64,000 nucleotides of DNA. It comes from a virus. Positions 47,598-58,262 of the stretch are shown here, in pieces (position 1 is the first letter of the stretch; every line of letters starts with the position of its first letter). The stretch spans positions 1-64,000 of the IMG/VR virus record IMGVR_UViG_3300045988_127883, one strand, 5' to 3'. The translations under genes were made by a program, and so were the position numbers. The notes beneath the pieces are model-generated. The model was not told where the DNA came from. It saw only the letters and a program-made list of their open reading frames with translations, and did no database searches.

Positions 47598-47966
47598 CTA
47601 ATTCTGATCTATGGCGCTACGATTACCTTGAATTGCCTGCATCAAAAGTTCACGACCGTAATCGTTATTCAACTGAGCCGGCAAACCATTGGCGCAACAA
47701 TCACCGCCATTTCCAAAACCGTTACCGAAGCCGCGTCCACCCCACAGCCAGAACAAAACAATTATCCAGAGCCACCAACCGTTAGCCCCACCGAAACCGT
47801 CCTGGTTGTTACGACCGTTCATCAAAGCCGCCACCAGATTCGGATCCATTTTATTACCACCTATCAAATTAGCAAACATGCCGGGAATCATTGAAAGAAG
47901 ACCGTTAGTGGCTGCACCACCACCGTTAGCCCCGGCTCCATCTAAAAGGACGATTTTATCACCACC
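47598..47966 (-). CDS. Gly/Asn-rich small protein with a Trp-rich hydrophobic segment (WWLWIIVLFWLWGG). Start taken at MGGDKIV.
   Basis: ORF. Its composition is unusual. Confidence 0.35.
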   Translation of the reverse strand, partial: GGDKIVLLDGAGANGGGAATNGLLSMIPGMFANLIGGNKMDPNLVAALMNGRNNQDGFGGANGWWLWIIVLFWLWGGRGFGNGFGNGGDCCANGLPAQLNNDYGRELLMQAIQGNRSAIDQN

Positions 47967-48304
47967 CATAATTTTATAGTATTTAATTGTTAAACATACG
48001 TGCATGAAGCACGTAACAAAGATCATGATTGCAGGGTGGAACAAGGCTGAGTTTGTTTCCGATAAAATGGAAGGATTTTCAGTAAAAACGGAAATATAAT
48101 ATACAACGAGTAGTTTTCCCCATTTATGGGGAAAAATTGATAATCAGCAACTTTCGCTTTTCCTTTTTTGGGTAAAGCGCTGTAAATCAAAACAGGATCC
48201 GCATCACTGCGAATCCTGCCTCAACTAATCTAAACTAAAATACCATGAAAAACTTTTCCCCACTAAAACTAAAGAACGAACAAATGTATGAAAATACATG
48301 CTTT

Positions 48305-48502
48305 TCACAAAGAATCCGTATCCTGTTCTTTGGTATGGTTAAGTACATGGGATATAGTTCTGATACTTAATCCGGTTTGATTTTGTATCAGATTATAAAT
48401 ATAGGATTTTGAAACTACAGTTCTTAATTGACCTAAATCATTCATAATGTTTTTATACATAAGATGAATGCTGTTGTTACGTTTGATGGTACTGATTCTC
48501 AT
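48305..48502 (-). CDS. Small putative HTH protein (65 aa; TGLSIRTISHVLNH resembles a LacI-type recognition helix).
   Basis: Single motif resemblance only. Confidence 0.3.
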   Translation of the reverse strand: MRISTIKRNNSIHLMYKNIMNDLGQLRTVVSKSYIYNLIQNQTGLSIRTISHVLNHTKEQDTDSL

Positions 48503-48724
48503 TTCCTACTGTTATTAGTTACGTTCGGTTCTTACTTTTTCCTTATTTCCATAATCCCTTCCTGAAACTAATATTGCAAACTTAACAAAAATAATTCATA
48601 AACAATGAAAATCTAACTTTTCTTGTATGTTATTGATATACGTGCATATATAAGAAAAGTGAGACTTTCACAAGCCTCACTTCCCAAATTATAACTATGA
48701 AAAAACTATATATATATACAAAAA

Positions 48725-50983
48725 TTACCTGCATTCCAATTTGTTAAGATCATCCAATTCAGACTTGCTTACGGTCATGTCTTGCGTCAAGCCAGATCTG
48801 TTTTGGTATGGAGCGTAATCAGTTTCTACCGTCTTAGCCTTCTGAGTAGAATCGTATTTCACCTCCGATTCGGTTCCTGTCAGATTTTGGTAGATAGAGC
48901 CGGAACTACTCTCGCTTACTTTAGACCATATCTTATTACCTACTCTTATAAAATTATCATAAATACCTTCTGCTGTTATAACACCATCTTGCTCTACGAT
49001 ATTAGAACCCGATTTTTCTTTTAACAAATACGGGTGCCTGGTGTAAAAATAGTGTTCAAAATCATTCCCAGCATACGAAGGGTCATACCTCTCCAAATAA
49101 AACAATTCTGATAAAGAAGGGTCGGTACTGGTCATGCTATAATCAAACAACATCAACCTGTCTTTTCCAGATAAAGATAATTCTATTGATTTCAAAATAT
49201 CAGGATCATCAGAAATAAGACCCAAAGATGGACCAGGTTTGAAGTCAAGATACTTATAGGCATTATCATATAATTTTGTTTTATGGAGTTTGTTGTCAAG
49301 GTAAGATTGGTATAAATCGAATAAGGATAATGGGTTTTCGCTATCTTGTTTTTTGTTCATGTATCGACTATACTCCCGATCCACATCCACGTAAGGAACG
49401 TCAAGTACCGCCGGGTGCCCAAACGCCATCCTGGTCATTATCATGTCCTCCGTGTTCTGAGAATCCATGAACGATCTGACGTATTTTTTAATGGAAGCCA
49501 TGAGCGTATTATTATCTACGTTCCGTACTTTCTCTTTATCCAAAACGCCGTTCTTAAAACAAGATTCAGGATATATTTTAGTAGAAAAATGAGTTAGGTT
49601 GTGCTTGGCTAACACTGTTGATATTTGATACATCTCGTTAAGATCATCTTTGCTGATCCTTTGATATAGATTATCTCCTACCTTAAGCAATGAATGTTTC
49701 TCAAATGCCTCTACTGGGTCTATATCGGATTCAGAATAAACGATATTCAAATTATCCATATACCCCGGTAATAATCCAAAATAATAATCTGTGCTATCAC
49801 CAAGAACATCATCTATAGAAGATGCCAACGTTGGAGCATAATTTACATCATTATGCCTGGCCACATAAATATCAAGATCCAGCATCAAATTATCTATCTT
49901 ATTCAAAGACTCTTCTGTGCCATCATAAGTTTCCGATGTCCCTATTATATCTATGCCAAACCACGTACAAGCCTCTTCTATATCCCATATCATGCTTCTT
50001 AAATCGGATTCGGTGTCGGCATTAGCCCTATGTAAATAAGCTGATATACGAGCTCTTAGGAACTCTATTTTGCCAGGATTGTAATAAGACAGATCTTGTA
50101 GCTTAGACAAGGATCTTCTCTTGCCTTCTACCACATCATCCCCTTCTATGTTTATTACCGGAATCTTATTCGTAGATGAGAACTCATCAAACATAGATTC
50201 GGCAAATTCTTTATCAGAAACGAATTTCTCAACCAGTTCAGGGTATGAGTTTCTCAACGATTCAAAAGCAGATGAAAATTCAGAAAAGTTTTTTATGCCG
50301 GCTACTGTTTTACGCATAGCATAATAAAGCTCAGAAGGATTATATGGTACTTTTTTACCAAATTGGTTAAACACTCCCTCCTTGTAAACAATAGGACCAT
50401 ACTGATAGTCAATAGACATAAAATAATTATCTTTTTCCCTATCATGTTCGTTAATAGAAGAATCTATTAACTTTCTCATGGAAGTCGAAACCTCGTTTAA
50501 AACAGAAGGATCGGATAAAATACGACTTATTTCTGTTTCATCATACAAACCGGATCTCCTTAATTTCTGCTCATTCAGTATCAAACTGCCATCTACATAA
50601 AAATCGAAGAGGATAGCATTAGACAATGAAGACGCATTGAAAAAATAATGAGTAGACAAAAGGAAATCCCTTACATCCTTAATGTCCTGAGCCGTTAAAG
50701 GATCAGCAAAATAAGTCTGACGCTTCATATACGACAGCACGTCTTCTAAAAGAGGTTCGCCATTGGGATCGGTATTAAACATCTCCCCTGGAGCCGGGTT
50801 GTTCCAATGACCGTAATACGACAAAAAACCAGGAGTGTAAGCCTTAGCCCATACCTGAAGGGCCCGCTCGCTGTTTCCTAATACTTTTAAAGCACTTTCG
50901 TAAAGAACGGAAGGCTCCCCGTTAGGAGCCTTAACCCGTTTTATTTCATTTTCCTTTTTTTCTATCTGACATTTGACACCCAT
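48725..50983 (-). CDS. Large structural-region protein (752 aa), function unknown.
   Basis: Long intact ORF in the minus-strand late block. Confidence 0.6.
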   Translation of the reverse strand: MGVKCQIEKKENEIKRVKAPNGEPSVLYESALKVLGNSERALQVWAKAYTPGFLSYYGHWNNPAPGEMFNTDPNGEPLLEDVLSYMKRQTYFADPLTAQDIKDVRDFLLSTHYFFNASSLSNAILFDFYVDGSLILNEQKLRRSGLYDETEISRILSDPSVLNEVSTSMRKLIDSSINEHDREKDNYFMSIDYQYGPIVYKEGVFNQFGKKVPYNPSELYYAMRKTVAGIKNFSEFSSAFESLRNSYPELVEKFVSDKEFAESMFDEFSSTNKIPVINIEGDDVVEGKRRSLSKLQDLSYYNPGKIEFLRARISAYLHRANADTESDLRSMIWDIEEACTWFGIDIIGTSETYDGTEESLNKIDNLMLDLDIYVARHNDVNYAPTLASSIDDVLGDSTDYYFGLLPGYMDNLNIVYSESDIDPVEAFEKHSLLKVGDNLYQRISKDDLNEMYQISTVLAKHNLTHFSTKIYPESCFKNGVLDKEKVRNVDNNTLMASIKKYVRSFMDSQNTEDMIMTRMAFGHPAVLDVPYVDVDREYSRYMNKKQDSENPLSLFDLYQSYLDNKLHKTKLYDNAYKYLDFKPGPSLGLISDDPDILKSIELSLSGKDRLMLFDYSMTSTDPSLSELFYLERYDPSYAGNDFEHYFYTRHPYLLKEKSGSNIVEQDGVITAEGIYDNFIRVGNKIWSKVSESSSGSIYQNLTGTESEVKYDSTQKAKTVETDYAPYQNRSGLTQDMTVSKSELDDLNKLECR

Positions 50984-51009
50984 TGTAATTAACTTTTTTG
51001 CAAAGTTAA

Positions 51010-51549
51010 TTATAAAACCGACTTATACAATGACGGATCCCAAATTCCTTCTATATAAATCTCCGGAAAACTCAAACTGCCATCACGAAGAGTGGTGACT
51101 TCCAAGCTGGGAATGTTGAAAACAGTACTGGTATCACCAAACTCACCATTCAACTTGATAGCATTTCCGCTGTTATTAGCCTCATAATAAAAATAACAAT
51201 AATTTTCATTAATGCTTGGATCATATTCGTACCAATATGTTAGATCTTGTATATGATCTTCTATGTTACCAATTTTGTTTTCACCTAATATAAAAATACC
51301 ATTATTGCTATGATTATAAACCATAGATTCATAACCACCATAATTCCAATCACTATTAAACCTTATGTAACTAACATCGGAATCATGATCTTTTAATACA
51401 GGCCCTATATGTATATGAATTTTATTAAACTGACATACATAAGGTCTTTTTCCTCCAAGCCTTTTTATATCTTCATTGGATAACTTATTATAACATCCTC
51501 CCACAAAATTATCCGCAGCATTAAAAAATCTCCTTCTCATACTTAACAC
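51010..51549 (-). CDS. Hypothetical protein (179 aa).
   Basis: Intact ORF. Its start overlaps the stop of the upstream giant gene. Confidence 0.5.
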   Translation of the reverse strand: MLSMRRRFFNAADNFVGGCYNKLSNEDIKRLGGKRPYVCQFNKIHIHIGPVLKDHDSDVSYIRFNSDWNYGGYESMVYNHSNNGIFILGENKIGNIEDHIQDLTYWYEYDPSINENYCYFYYEANNSGNAIKLNGEFGDTSTVFNIPSLEVTTLRDGSLSFPEIYIEGIWDPSLYKSVL

Positions 51550-54500
51550 TCCTTATTTAACTCATTTATCGAATCCGAATTATCAGAACCTTCTACAAGA
51601 TTCTTATTCCTATCTATCTCTTCCTGGCTCATGTTACTCATCATATTTTGTATTTTCCTACCAGATTGAGATAAAGAACGGATGAATGCGCTGGAACTTA
51701 TCTTAACTCCAAGATCCGGTTTTGCCCTAAACGCTTCACCGGTACTGATATTATACAAATCATACACACCTGAGTTCATATAGAATTTATATATCCAGTT
51801 TCCACCAGCTTTTTTGTATCCTAATTTGGTTAGCTCGACTACACTCATACCAAATTTAATGCCATTACGACCCATTATCTTCTCCGGTATAGGTTCTACC
51901 TTAGCCGGAACAGATGTATATGCTTCATCACCGCCGTACAGGAAATAAGGGGTTGTCACCCTTGATATGTGAGTAAGCGGTTCTTCGGATATACGAGGCT
52001 CGTCTTTCGCAGCCTTAGATTCTTTCCTTGGATTGGATATTCTAATAAAAGGATCGTATGTCAAAAAGGTTAAGCCGTATTCTACTTTATAACCTGATAC
52101 GCCGTTAAGGTCCCTTATAGCCTTAGTCGTATGCGAGTGATTGATGGTGTCTATACCATACCTTGATTCCATATCGGTCATAATACTATTAACCTCATCT
52201 CCCTCTACATAAACCTCTTCTCCTTCCGGGATAGAGGTTATGCCGGCAGCCCTTCTAAGTAGCCATAAAGTAACTTCAGCAATGTCAGAGAACTTATCTC
52301 CGTTCTTCCTATAGTTATCTACTCTTCCTTCTTCAGATCCAGGTAATTCGACATTTCTTTCAACTTCGACATTTGTTCTGGATTGTCCTTTGCCTTCTCC
52401 ATCTCCCTTTTTATCGCCATCTTCCTCAGTGCGTACTGCACCGCCTTCTGCACTTCCTTCTTTTCCATCATTTAAAATATTATCTGATTCTGACTCTATA
52501 GACTCCACGACAGCATCATACTCTGGTATGCCGCTAAGGAAATCTGCTACGTTATTCAAAAACTCTATTTTTTCCTCGTTTGTCATATCAAGGCTTTCCA
52601 CGGGCTCCCATATGGCAGGCAAGTTGTTTGATTTTATTGCAGTAGAAACATCTTCTACAGTTTTATTATCCACCGTAGGCAAAACTTTAGAAACCAAACT
52701 ATTGATATCAGATTCCATTTTTTCTACTTCCTCTTTTGTGCCATATTCTTTTAGGGTATCCATGCCATTGACTCTAAGAGAATAATTCAAAGCCTTGCTT
52801 GGAACAAAATTAATATATTTCAAAAAGTTTTTCAACTCTGATATAATTTGTTCGTCAGATCTTGGCCCAACATAATCAACCACCACCTGATCTGTTTGAG
52901 AACGAAGCCAAAAAACGTATTCTTCTAAGGTCTTACCACCTTTACTGGAAGGAGTGGATATTTTATCACCTACTGTTCCTTTAGGTTCTAATCCCATTTC
53001 TTCCTTAAGGCTTTTAGGATTACCTCTCTCACGAAGAAACCTCAAATCACCTCCTACAATCTTCCTTGCTATAAAATCAAAAATATTAGCATAAGACGGC
53101 AATCCTTCTTTTTCTATATGAGATTCTATTTCGTTTAACATAAGAGAGAAGTTTTTCCTGGAGGTACGCTTCTTGCCAGGTAAAGACCGCGCAGCTTGTG
53201 CCGCAGGAGTCGGCTGAGCTAATGGCGCCGGCTGAGTCTCCCGGACAGCCCCTTCCTCTGGCATTTCCTCTTCATAAACATCCACGTCTTCTTTAGAAGT
53301 AACGGTCTTACCCTCATCAGAGAAAGGAAGATCATCCTCTATAAGCGATTTAGGTCTGGAAGATGATTTACCAAACTGAATCCTGATCTTAGGAGCAACA
53401 AACATCTCACCTTCAAAATCTATTCCAGATTCTACTTCAGACGTCACAATGTCTTTCACGCTCCTACTTCCATCTTCTACCCACTTAACAACATCAGGAA
53501 CCGTAGATAATTTTTCTATAGCCTCACGAGCTTTTCTAAGCCCTGAAATAGGATTCAAGTACGATACTTGATACGAAGCCGGATCAAGACCTAACTTGGT
53601 TAGATACGCATTAAGATCTTGTATATCATCTTGACCCATCTGTAACAATTCAGAGCCACTGGATTCAAGCAGCATATCTATAAAAGAAATCCATTTCTTT
53701 CCTTCCTCTGATTCTACAGAACGTAGACTAACCGGGAAAAGATAATTAAGACCGTTTTTACCCTTGATAACAACTACCGGAACTCTTATATTTTTGTAAT
53801 TATTCCCCTTGTCATTTAATATAGAATAAGCAAATGGGAAGCCTGTGTATTTAGATCCGTTCTTAAGCACGACTTTGCCATTTAATACATATCCTACATC
53901 AGATACTTTTTCAGCACCTTTTTCGGTAATAGGGAGATTTTCTACCTGGCCATATCCTTGACCGTTTACCTTCATGTTAAACACCGGTCTTCCGGGAAGA
54001 GTCTGGGCAACAACATGCGTGCCGACGCTGATGGTAGCCGACCGACCAGCATCTTTCTTCCACTTGTTAAAAGCCGTTCTTCTTATTTTACTTATACCAT
54101 CTATGCCCCCTGTGTCAGCTTTTACAACAGAAACGAATCTGTTCCCACTCATGACCTTGATAACCATATTGGACACCAGTTTATTCTCAGCAGATTCTAT
54201 TCTTTTTTTATCGCCGGACTGAACAGCATCATTGTATTCGGCAAAAAGAGACTGATTATAGGTATCATTTACATCTATTTCGAGATTAACCTTATCTCCT
54301 TTTTTCAAAGAAGATAATGCTTCCTGATCTATTTTATCTACTTCATTCTCTCCGAATCCGACACCCGTTCTGTACGGAACCAACTCATCTGAATCAAGAC
54401 GCTTATAAACCAAAGAATAGGAATTACCCACGTCCTGAATAGACACGTCTGTGTAACGGTTAAGAACACGAGCCGATTCTTTGTCTATAGACCATCTCGC

Positions 54501-57500
54501 ATGATAAGGCAATTCAATTATAGTAGCCGTTTCTCCACCTATATTAAGAGAATACCTTTTAGTGCCATTAGCGTTCGTTTCAGAGCTTATTTGAATAGGA
54601 ACCAATGATTTTATAGAAGATATAAATTTATCGGCTCTAAGACCTGCAATTTCATACCTTTCGTTGCCATCGTTGGATATTCTTCTAACCATCAACGTCT
54701 CTGGATTCTGGGCGCTATCTATGTTAGCTCCAGGCGTATTATCGGATTCATCTAACTCATTTACAAGAGAATCTATATTAGCATCATCCTCCCCAAAATT
54801 ACTTAACGTAGATTCGGAAATACGACCTTTATCAATAATCCTGTTTTGTTCGATATAAGGAAGGAGATCTGTGATGTTTCCAACTTGGCCAAGATCTTCT
54901 ATGGTAAATACCGAATCGGCAAGCTTATCTTCGTCAACCTTCTCCCCTTTATCCCGTCTGTTCATTATATCAACATACGAAGAAATAGCATCATCAAGTT
55001 CCTTCCTTTGATCTGGTTCTAAATTGGATTTAGCCATATCAATAATAGCTTTATTATCCTCATACACAGATCGAGGTTCAGTAAGTCTCCTAACTTTATC
55101 TGATAAATCTTTTATCATCTTAGCCGGACTATCACCAAGATTTGATATATAATCATCAATATCCTGTTTATACTTTTCATATATCTCCTTCTCCCTTGGA
55201 GATAAAAGATCTTGATTACCTGTATATATCTTATTTACGATACGTTCTTTAACCTCTATAGGTGCAGACAAAAGATCTTCCATTGCCGACTCATAATCAA
55301 AATCAGACAATATATCTTCTTTCGGCTTCTGAGTTATACCATCGTTTAGATGACCAAATACTTTCATGGTAAATGCTTCATCTGAATTTATTTCTCCATT
55401 ATTCAGAAGCTCATCTATTTTTTCATCCAAACTAATATTATTACCCTCTGTCTGGTAAAAACGATCACTTTCTATAGATTTAGTATTAGAAGATACCATA
55501 TCATTTAAAAACTTAGAAAATAAAGAAAAATCATGTCTCATGAATTTCTTATCCTGTATGGAGTTCATAAATGACCGTAAAACCTTATATTGGGTAATGG
55601 CTTGCTGGTATTTCACCACCATATTTCTTAAATCCTCTGCTTCTTTCTTCCCTTTATTATTCTCAATATAAGTACTTAAAGAAGCTACAGAGTCATAAGC
55701 TTTCAATATATCTTCAGCAGTTATTGTTTCGGATTTAAACAACTCAAGAGCTAATACTCCAGGATCAAAAGAATAAAATACTTCTTTATAACTACTAAGA
55801 AGATCTTCTGACAACCTTCTATATTCCTTATTAAGATTATCGTATTTAATAGTTTTTTGTTTTATAGCCTCTGCTTCGGTATCATTGCCATCCTCTACTC
55901 TTCTTGGAGTTGTAGCCAACCTCTCTATTTCAGCATTCAGATCATTGATCTCATTACGCAATTCCCTTAACTGATTAGCTGTATCAAAAGCTTGACTTGA
56001 TAATGAATAAAACGTATTTATATCATCAAACAAATTATTGTCATTTACATAATCAGCAATATCATTTGATGCTTCCATTGCCATATCCTCTGCATCCAAC
56101 CCCTTAAACACAGCATTAGCAACATTAGATCGATAAAGATCAGATGAAGTCTCAGCAGTAATAGCCTCAGCAAAAGAAGAAGCTTTTTTATAATTGGCTA
56201 ACTTCTTATCAAAATCTTTTATAATATCTTCCTTGTATTTTTTAACAGTTTCTTCATCTACTTTCATTTCAGAAGCCAACTCACTTTCGTCAAGGCTTTT
56301 AACCATTGACCTGAAATTGTTAGCCGTATCCTCTAACATTCCCATTCTGTCAGATAATTCAAATTTAGAATAATAATCTGATTCAGGATCATTCATTTGA
56401 GCATTAAATTCGGCTAAATTTCGCATAGAGTCTTTTACAGATTGAGAAGTAAAAGCATTATTACTATTAAATTTCTCAACATCAGTATTAATAGTACGCT
56501 CTTTATTTCTCCTTTCATATAAACCAAAAGCACCATTTCTGGCTCCAAACAAACCACCAATCAGGGATCCTATACCAATCTCTTTCAATCCTTCTTTGGT
56601 TGTAAATTGTTCAGCTATGGCCTTAGAAAAAGAATCAACTATAGAAGACGTAGCATCAAGATACGTCTTATCATATCTTGATCTAATAAAATCTTCTCCC
56701 ATGCGCTGAGCAACACCTTGCATGCCTTCCTCCCATACACCTTCAGATATGGGTCTTTTAGATACATTCCAAATAGTAGCTAAGGATTTCTGGAATAAAT
56801 TTGCTTTTACCGTCTGTAATCTTCCAGCATCACCCGCTACCTTCTTAGTCCCTAATCCAAACAAATAGCGATCTACAAAACTCTTTGATCCCCTATATGT
56901 GTTTGATACACCCTTTAATCCAGGTATGTATTTAGAAGCAAAACCAGTGTCTACTCCAAGATATTTTCCCAGAAGAAGATAATTGGATAATCCAACTATA
57001 CCCATATTAGCTAAAAATATGCTGTTTGCCGTATCGGAAATAGAACTCTTAAATTCAGCCATCTCAGACTGATTAGGATTCCGACCATACATATTTTTAA
57101 AATATTCCTTGTATTTACTTTCAGAGTCTTTCATAAAGGACTGAGCCTCCACGGCAGACTCCCAGCCGGCGCCCACAAACGTATTTACTCCTACCTTGGC
57201 CATATTGCCTATGGCCCTGCCGTACATCGCTCCTGCCCTATACGCTCCAAAAGCAGATTTTACAGCACTTGCCGCAATCTTAGACGCCGCCATCTTTCCG
57301 GCCACCCTCATCCCTACTTTAGCACCAACAGCTCCAAGACTTGACACACCCATCCCACCTGTAAGGTAGGCAGACAAAATAGCTCCTGTCGTAAACGATA
57401 GACCATTTCCAATAACATCATTAAAAATAAAATTTGCAGTTCCAAGACTCTGCAAAAATCCCATATCACGTTCTTCTCTTGTATAATAATGAGGAAGAGA

Positions 57501-58259
57501 GTGGTTTATTCTTTCATCTATATCATTTATGGTTCGTGTAAAATCATTGTCAAATGCAGAAGATAACGTACCAGTCTTTATAAGATTATACGCAGCCGGG
57601 ATAATACCTACTACTCCTGATACACCATATAATGCTGTTTTTGTGACAAGCTTCCCTATGCCATTAACAGCCTTATTCCAAGTAGTTTGACTTCTTCCGT
57701 AATAATCTTCATTATCCCTTCCTGGCATATAACTTTTAAACTTTGCAAGACCGATGTTCCCATCGGATAAAAAGTCATATGCTTCATCTAACTTAATAGT
57801 TCTTCCTTTACCAAATACACCAAAATCAGCAGCAGATGACTGTTGATTACCAGCTATAACCTCACCATAAGACGTTTGTTTACCAGAATAAGTATTCCTT
57901 GATTTATCTTGAATAGATTTTATCATGGAATTTAACTTATTATAAGACTCCTCTTTCTTCTTTCTTGGATCATCTCCACCATTCAGAGCCGATTTTAGTC
58001 CAGAAAAAGATGTGTCTACATCAAAAGAAGTATCTATTCCGCTAATATCATATCCTTTTTCTGAATCATCATCAGGATTTATGGCTGATACCGGGGGAGT
58101 ATATGAACCTACTTTCATCCTCTCCATCTCTCTTTTTGCTCCCTCAATAAGAGAAGATTCTTCTTCATATCGCGTAGGAACTCCGGCATTATACCCTCTT
58201 AATCCAGTAGATGGTAAGAAACCTGATTTCTCTACCAATGTCTGTTCCTTATTTTCCAT
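51543..58259 (-). CDS. Giant virion-associated protein (2238 aa) with a Gly/Ala-rich hydrophobic block (GAVGAKVGMRVAGKMAASKIAASAVKSAFGAYRAGAMYG), acidic linkers and Pro-rich segments. It is a candidate tape-measure or ejection protein.
   Basis: Single uninterrupted 6.7-kb ORF. Confidence 0.7.
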   Translation of the reverse strand: MENKEQTLVEKSGFLPSTGLRGYNAGVPTRYEEESSLIEGAKREMERMKVGSYTPPVSAINPDDDSEKGYDISGIDTSFDVDTSFSGLKSALNGGDDPRKKKEESYNKLNSMIKSIQDKSRNTYSGKQTSYGEVIAGNQQSSAADFGVFGKGRTIKLDEAYDFLSDGNIGLAKFKSYMPGRDNEDYYGRSQTTWNKAVNGIGKLVTKTALYGVSGVVGIIPAAYNLIKTGTLSSAFDNDFTRTINDIDERINHSLPHYYTREERDMGFLQSLGTANFIFNDVIGNGLSFTTGAILSAYLTGGMGVSSLGAVGAKVGMRVAGKMAASKIAASAVKSAFGAYRAGAMYGRAIGNMAKVGVNTFVGAGWESAVEAQSFMKDSESKYKEYFKNMYGRNPNQSEMAEFKSSISDTANSIFLANMGIVGLSNYLLLGKYLGVDTGFASKYIPGLKGVSNTYRGSKSFVDRYLFGLGTKKVAGDAGRLQTVKANLFQKSLATIWNVSKRPISEGVWEEGMQGVAQRMGEDFIRSRYDKTYLDATSSIVDSFSKAIAEQFTTKEGLKEIGIGSLIGGLFGARNGAFGLYERRNKERTINTDVEKFNSNNAFTSQSVKDSMRNLAEFNAQMNDPESDYYSKFELSDRMGMLEDTANNFRSMVKSLDESELASEMKVDEETVKKYKEDIIKDFDKKLANYKKASSFAEAITAETSSDLYRSNVANAVFKGLDAEDMAMEASNDIADYVNDNNLFDDINTFYSLSSQAFDTANQLRELRNEINDLNAEIERLATTPRRVEDGNDTEAEAIKQKTIKYDNLNKEYRRLSEDLLSSYKEVFYSFDPGVLALELFKSETITAEDILKAYDSVASLSTYIENNKGKKEAEDLRNMVVKYQQAITQYKVLRSFMNSIQDKKFMRHDFSLFSKFLNDMVSSNTKSIESDRFYQTEGNNISLDEKIDELLNNGEINSDEAFTMKVFGHLNDGITQKPKEDILSDFDYESAMEDLLSAPIEVKERIVNKIYTGNQDLLSPREKEIYEKYKQDIDDYISNLGDSPAKMIKDLSDKVRRLTEPRSVYEDNKAIIDMAKSNLEPDQRKELDDAISSYVDIMNRRDKGEKVDEDKLADSVFTIEDLGQVGNITDLLPYIEQNRIIDKGRISESTLSNFGEDDANIDSLVNELDESDNTPGANIDSAQNPETLMVRRISNDGNERYEIAGLRADKFISSIKSLVPIQISSETNANGTKRYSLNIGGETATIIELPYHARWSIDKESARVLNRYTDVSIQDVGNSYSLVYKRLDSDELVPYRTGVGFGENEVDKIDQEALSSLKKGDKVNLEIDVNDTYNQSLFAEYNDAVQSGDKKRIESAENKLVSNMVIKVMSGNRFVSVVKADTGGIDGISKIRRTAFNKWKKDAGRSATISVGTHVVAQTLPGRPVFNMKVNGQGYGQVENLPITEKGAEKVSDVGYVLNGKVVLKNGSKYTGFPFAYSILNDKGNNYKNIRVPVVVIKGKNGLNYLFPVSLRSVESEEGKKWISFIDMLLESSGSELLQMGQDDIQDLNAYLTKLGLDPASYQVSYLNPISGLRKAREAIEKLSTVPDVVKWVEDGSRSVKDIVTSEVESGIDFEGEMFVAPKIRIQFGKSSSRPKSLIEDDLPFSDEGKTVTSKEDVDVYEEEMPEEGAVRETQPAPLAQPTPAAQAARSLPGKKRTSRKNFSLMLNEIESHIEKEGLPSYANIFDFIARKIVGGDLRFLRERGNPKSLKEEMGLEPKGTVGDKISTPSSKGGKTLEEYVFWLRSQTDQVVVDYVGPRSDEQIISELKNFLKYINFVPSKALNYSLRVNGMDTLKEYGTKEEVEKMESDINSLVSKVLPTVDNKTVEDVSTAIKSNNLPAIWEPVESLDMTNEEKIEFLNNVADFLSGIPEYDAVVESIESESDNILNDGKEGSAEGGAVRTEEDGDKKGDGEGKGQSRTNVEVERNVELPGSEEGRVDNYRKNGDKFSDIAEVTLWLLRRAAGITSIPEGEEVYVEGDEVNSIMTDMESRYGIDTINHSHTTKAIRDLNGVSGYKVEYGLTFLTYDPFIRISNPRKESKAAKDEPRISEEPLTHISRVTTPYFLYGGDEAYTSVPAKVEPIPEKIMGRNGIKFGMSVVELTKLGYKKAGGNWIYKFYMNSGVYDLYNISTGEAFRAKPDLGVKISSSAFIRSLSQSGRKIQNMMSNMSQEEIDRNKNLVEGSDNSDSINELNKEC

Positions 58260-58262
58260 ATA

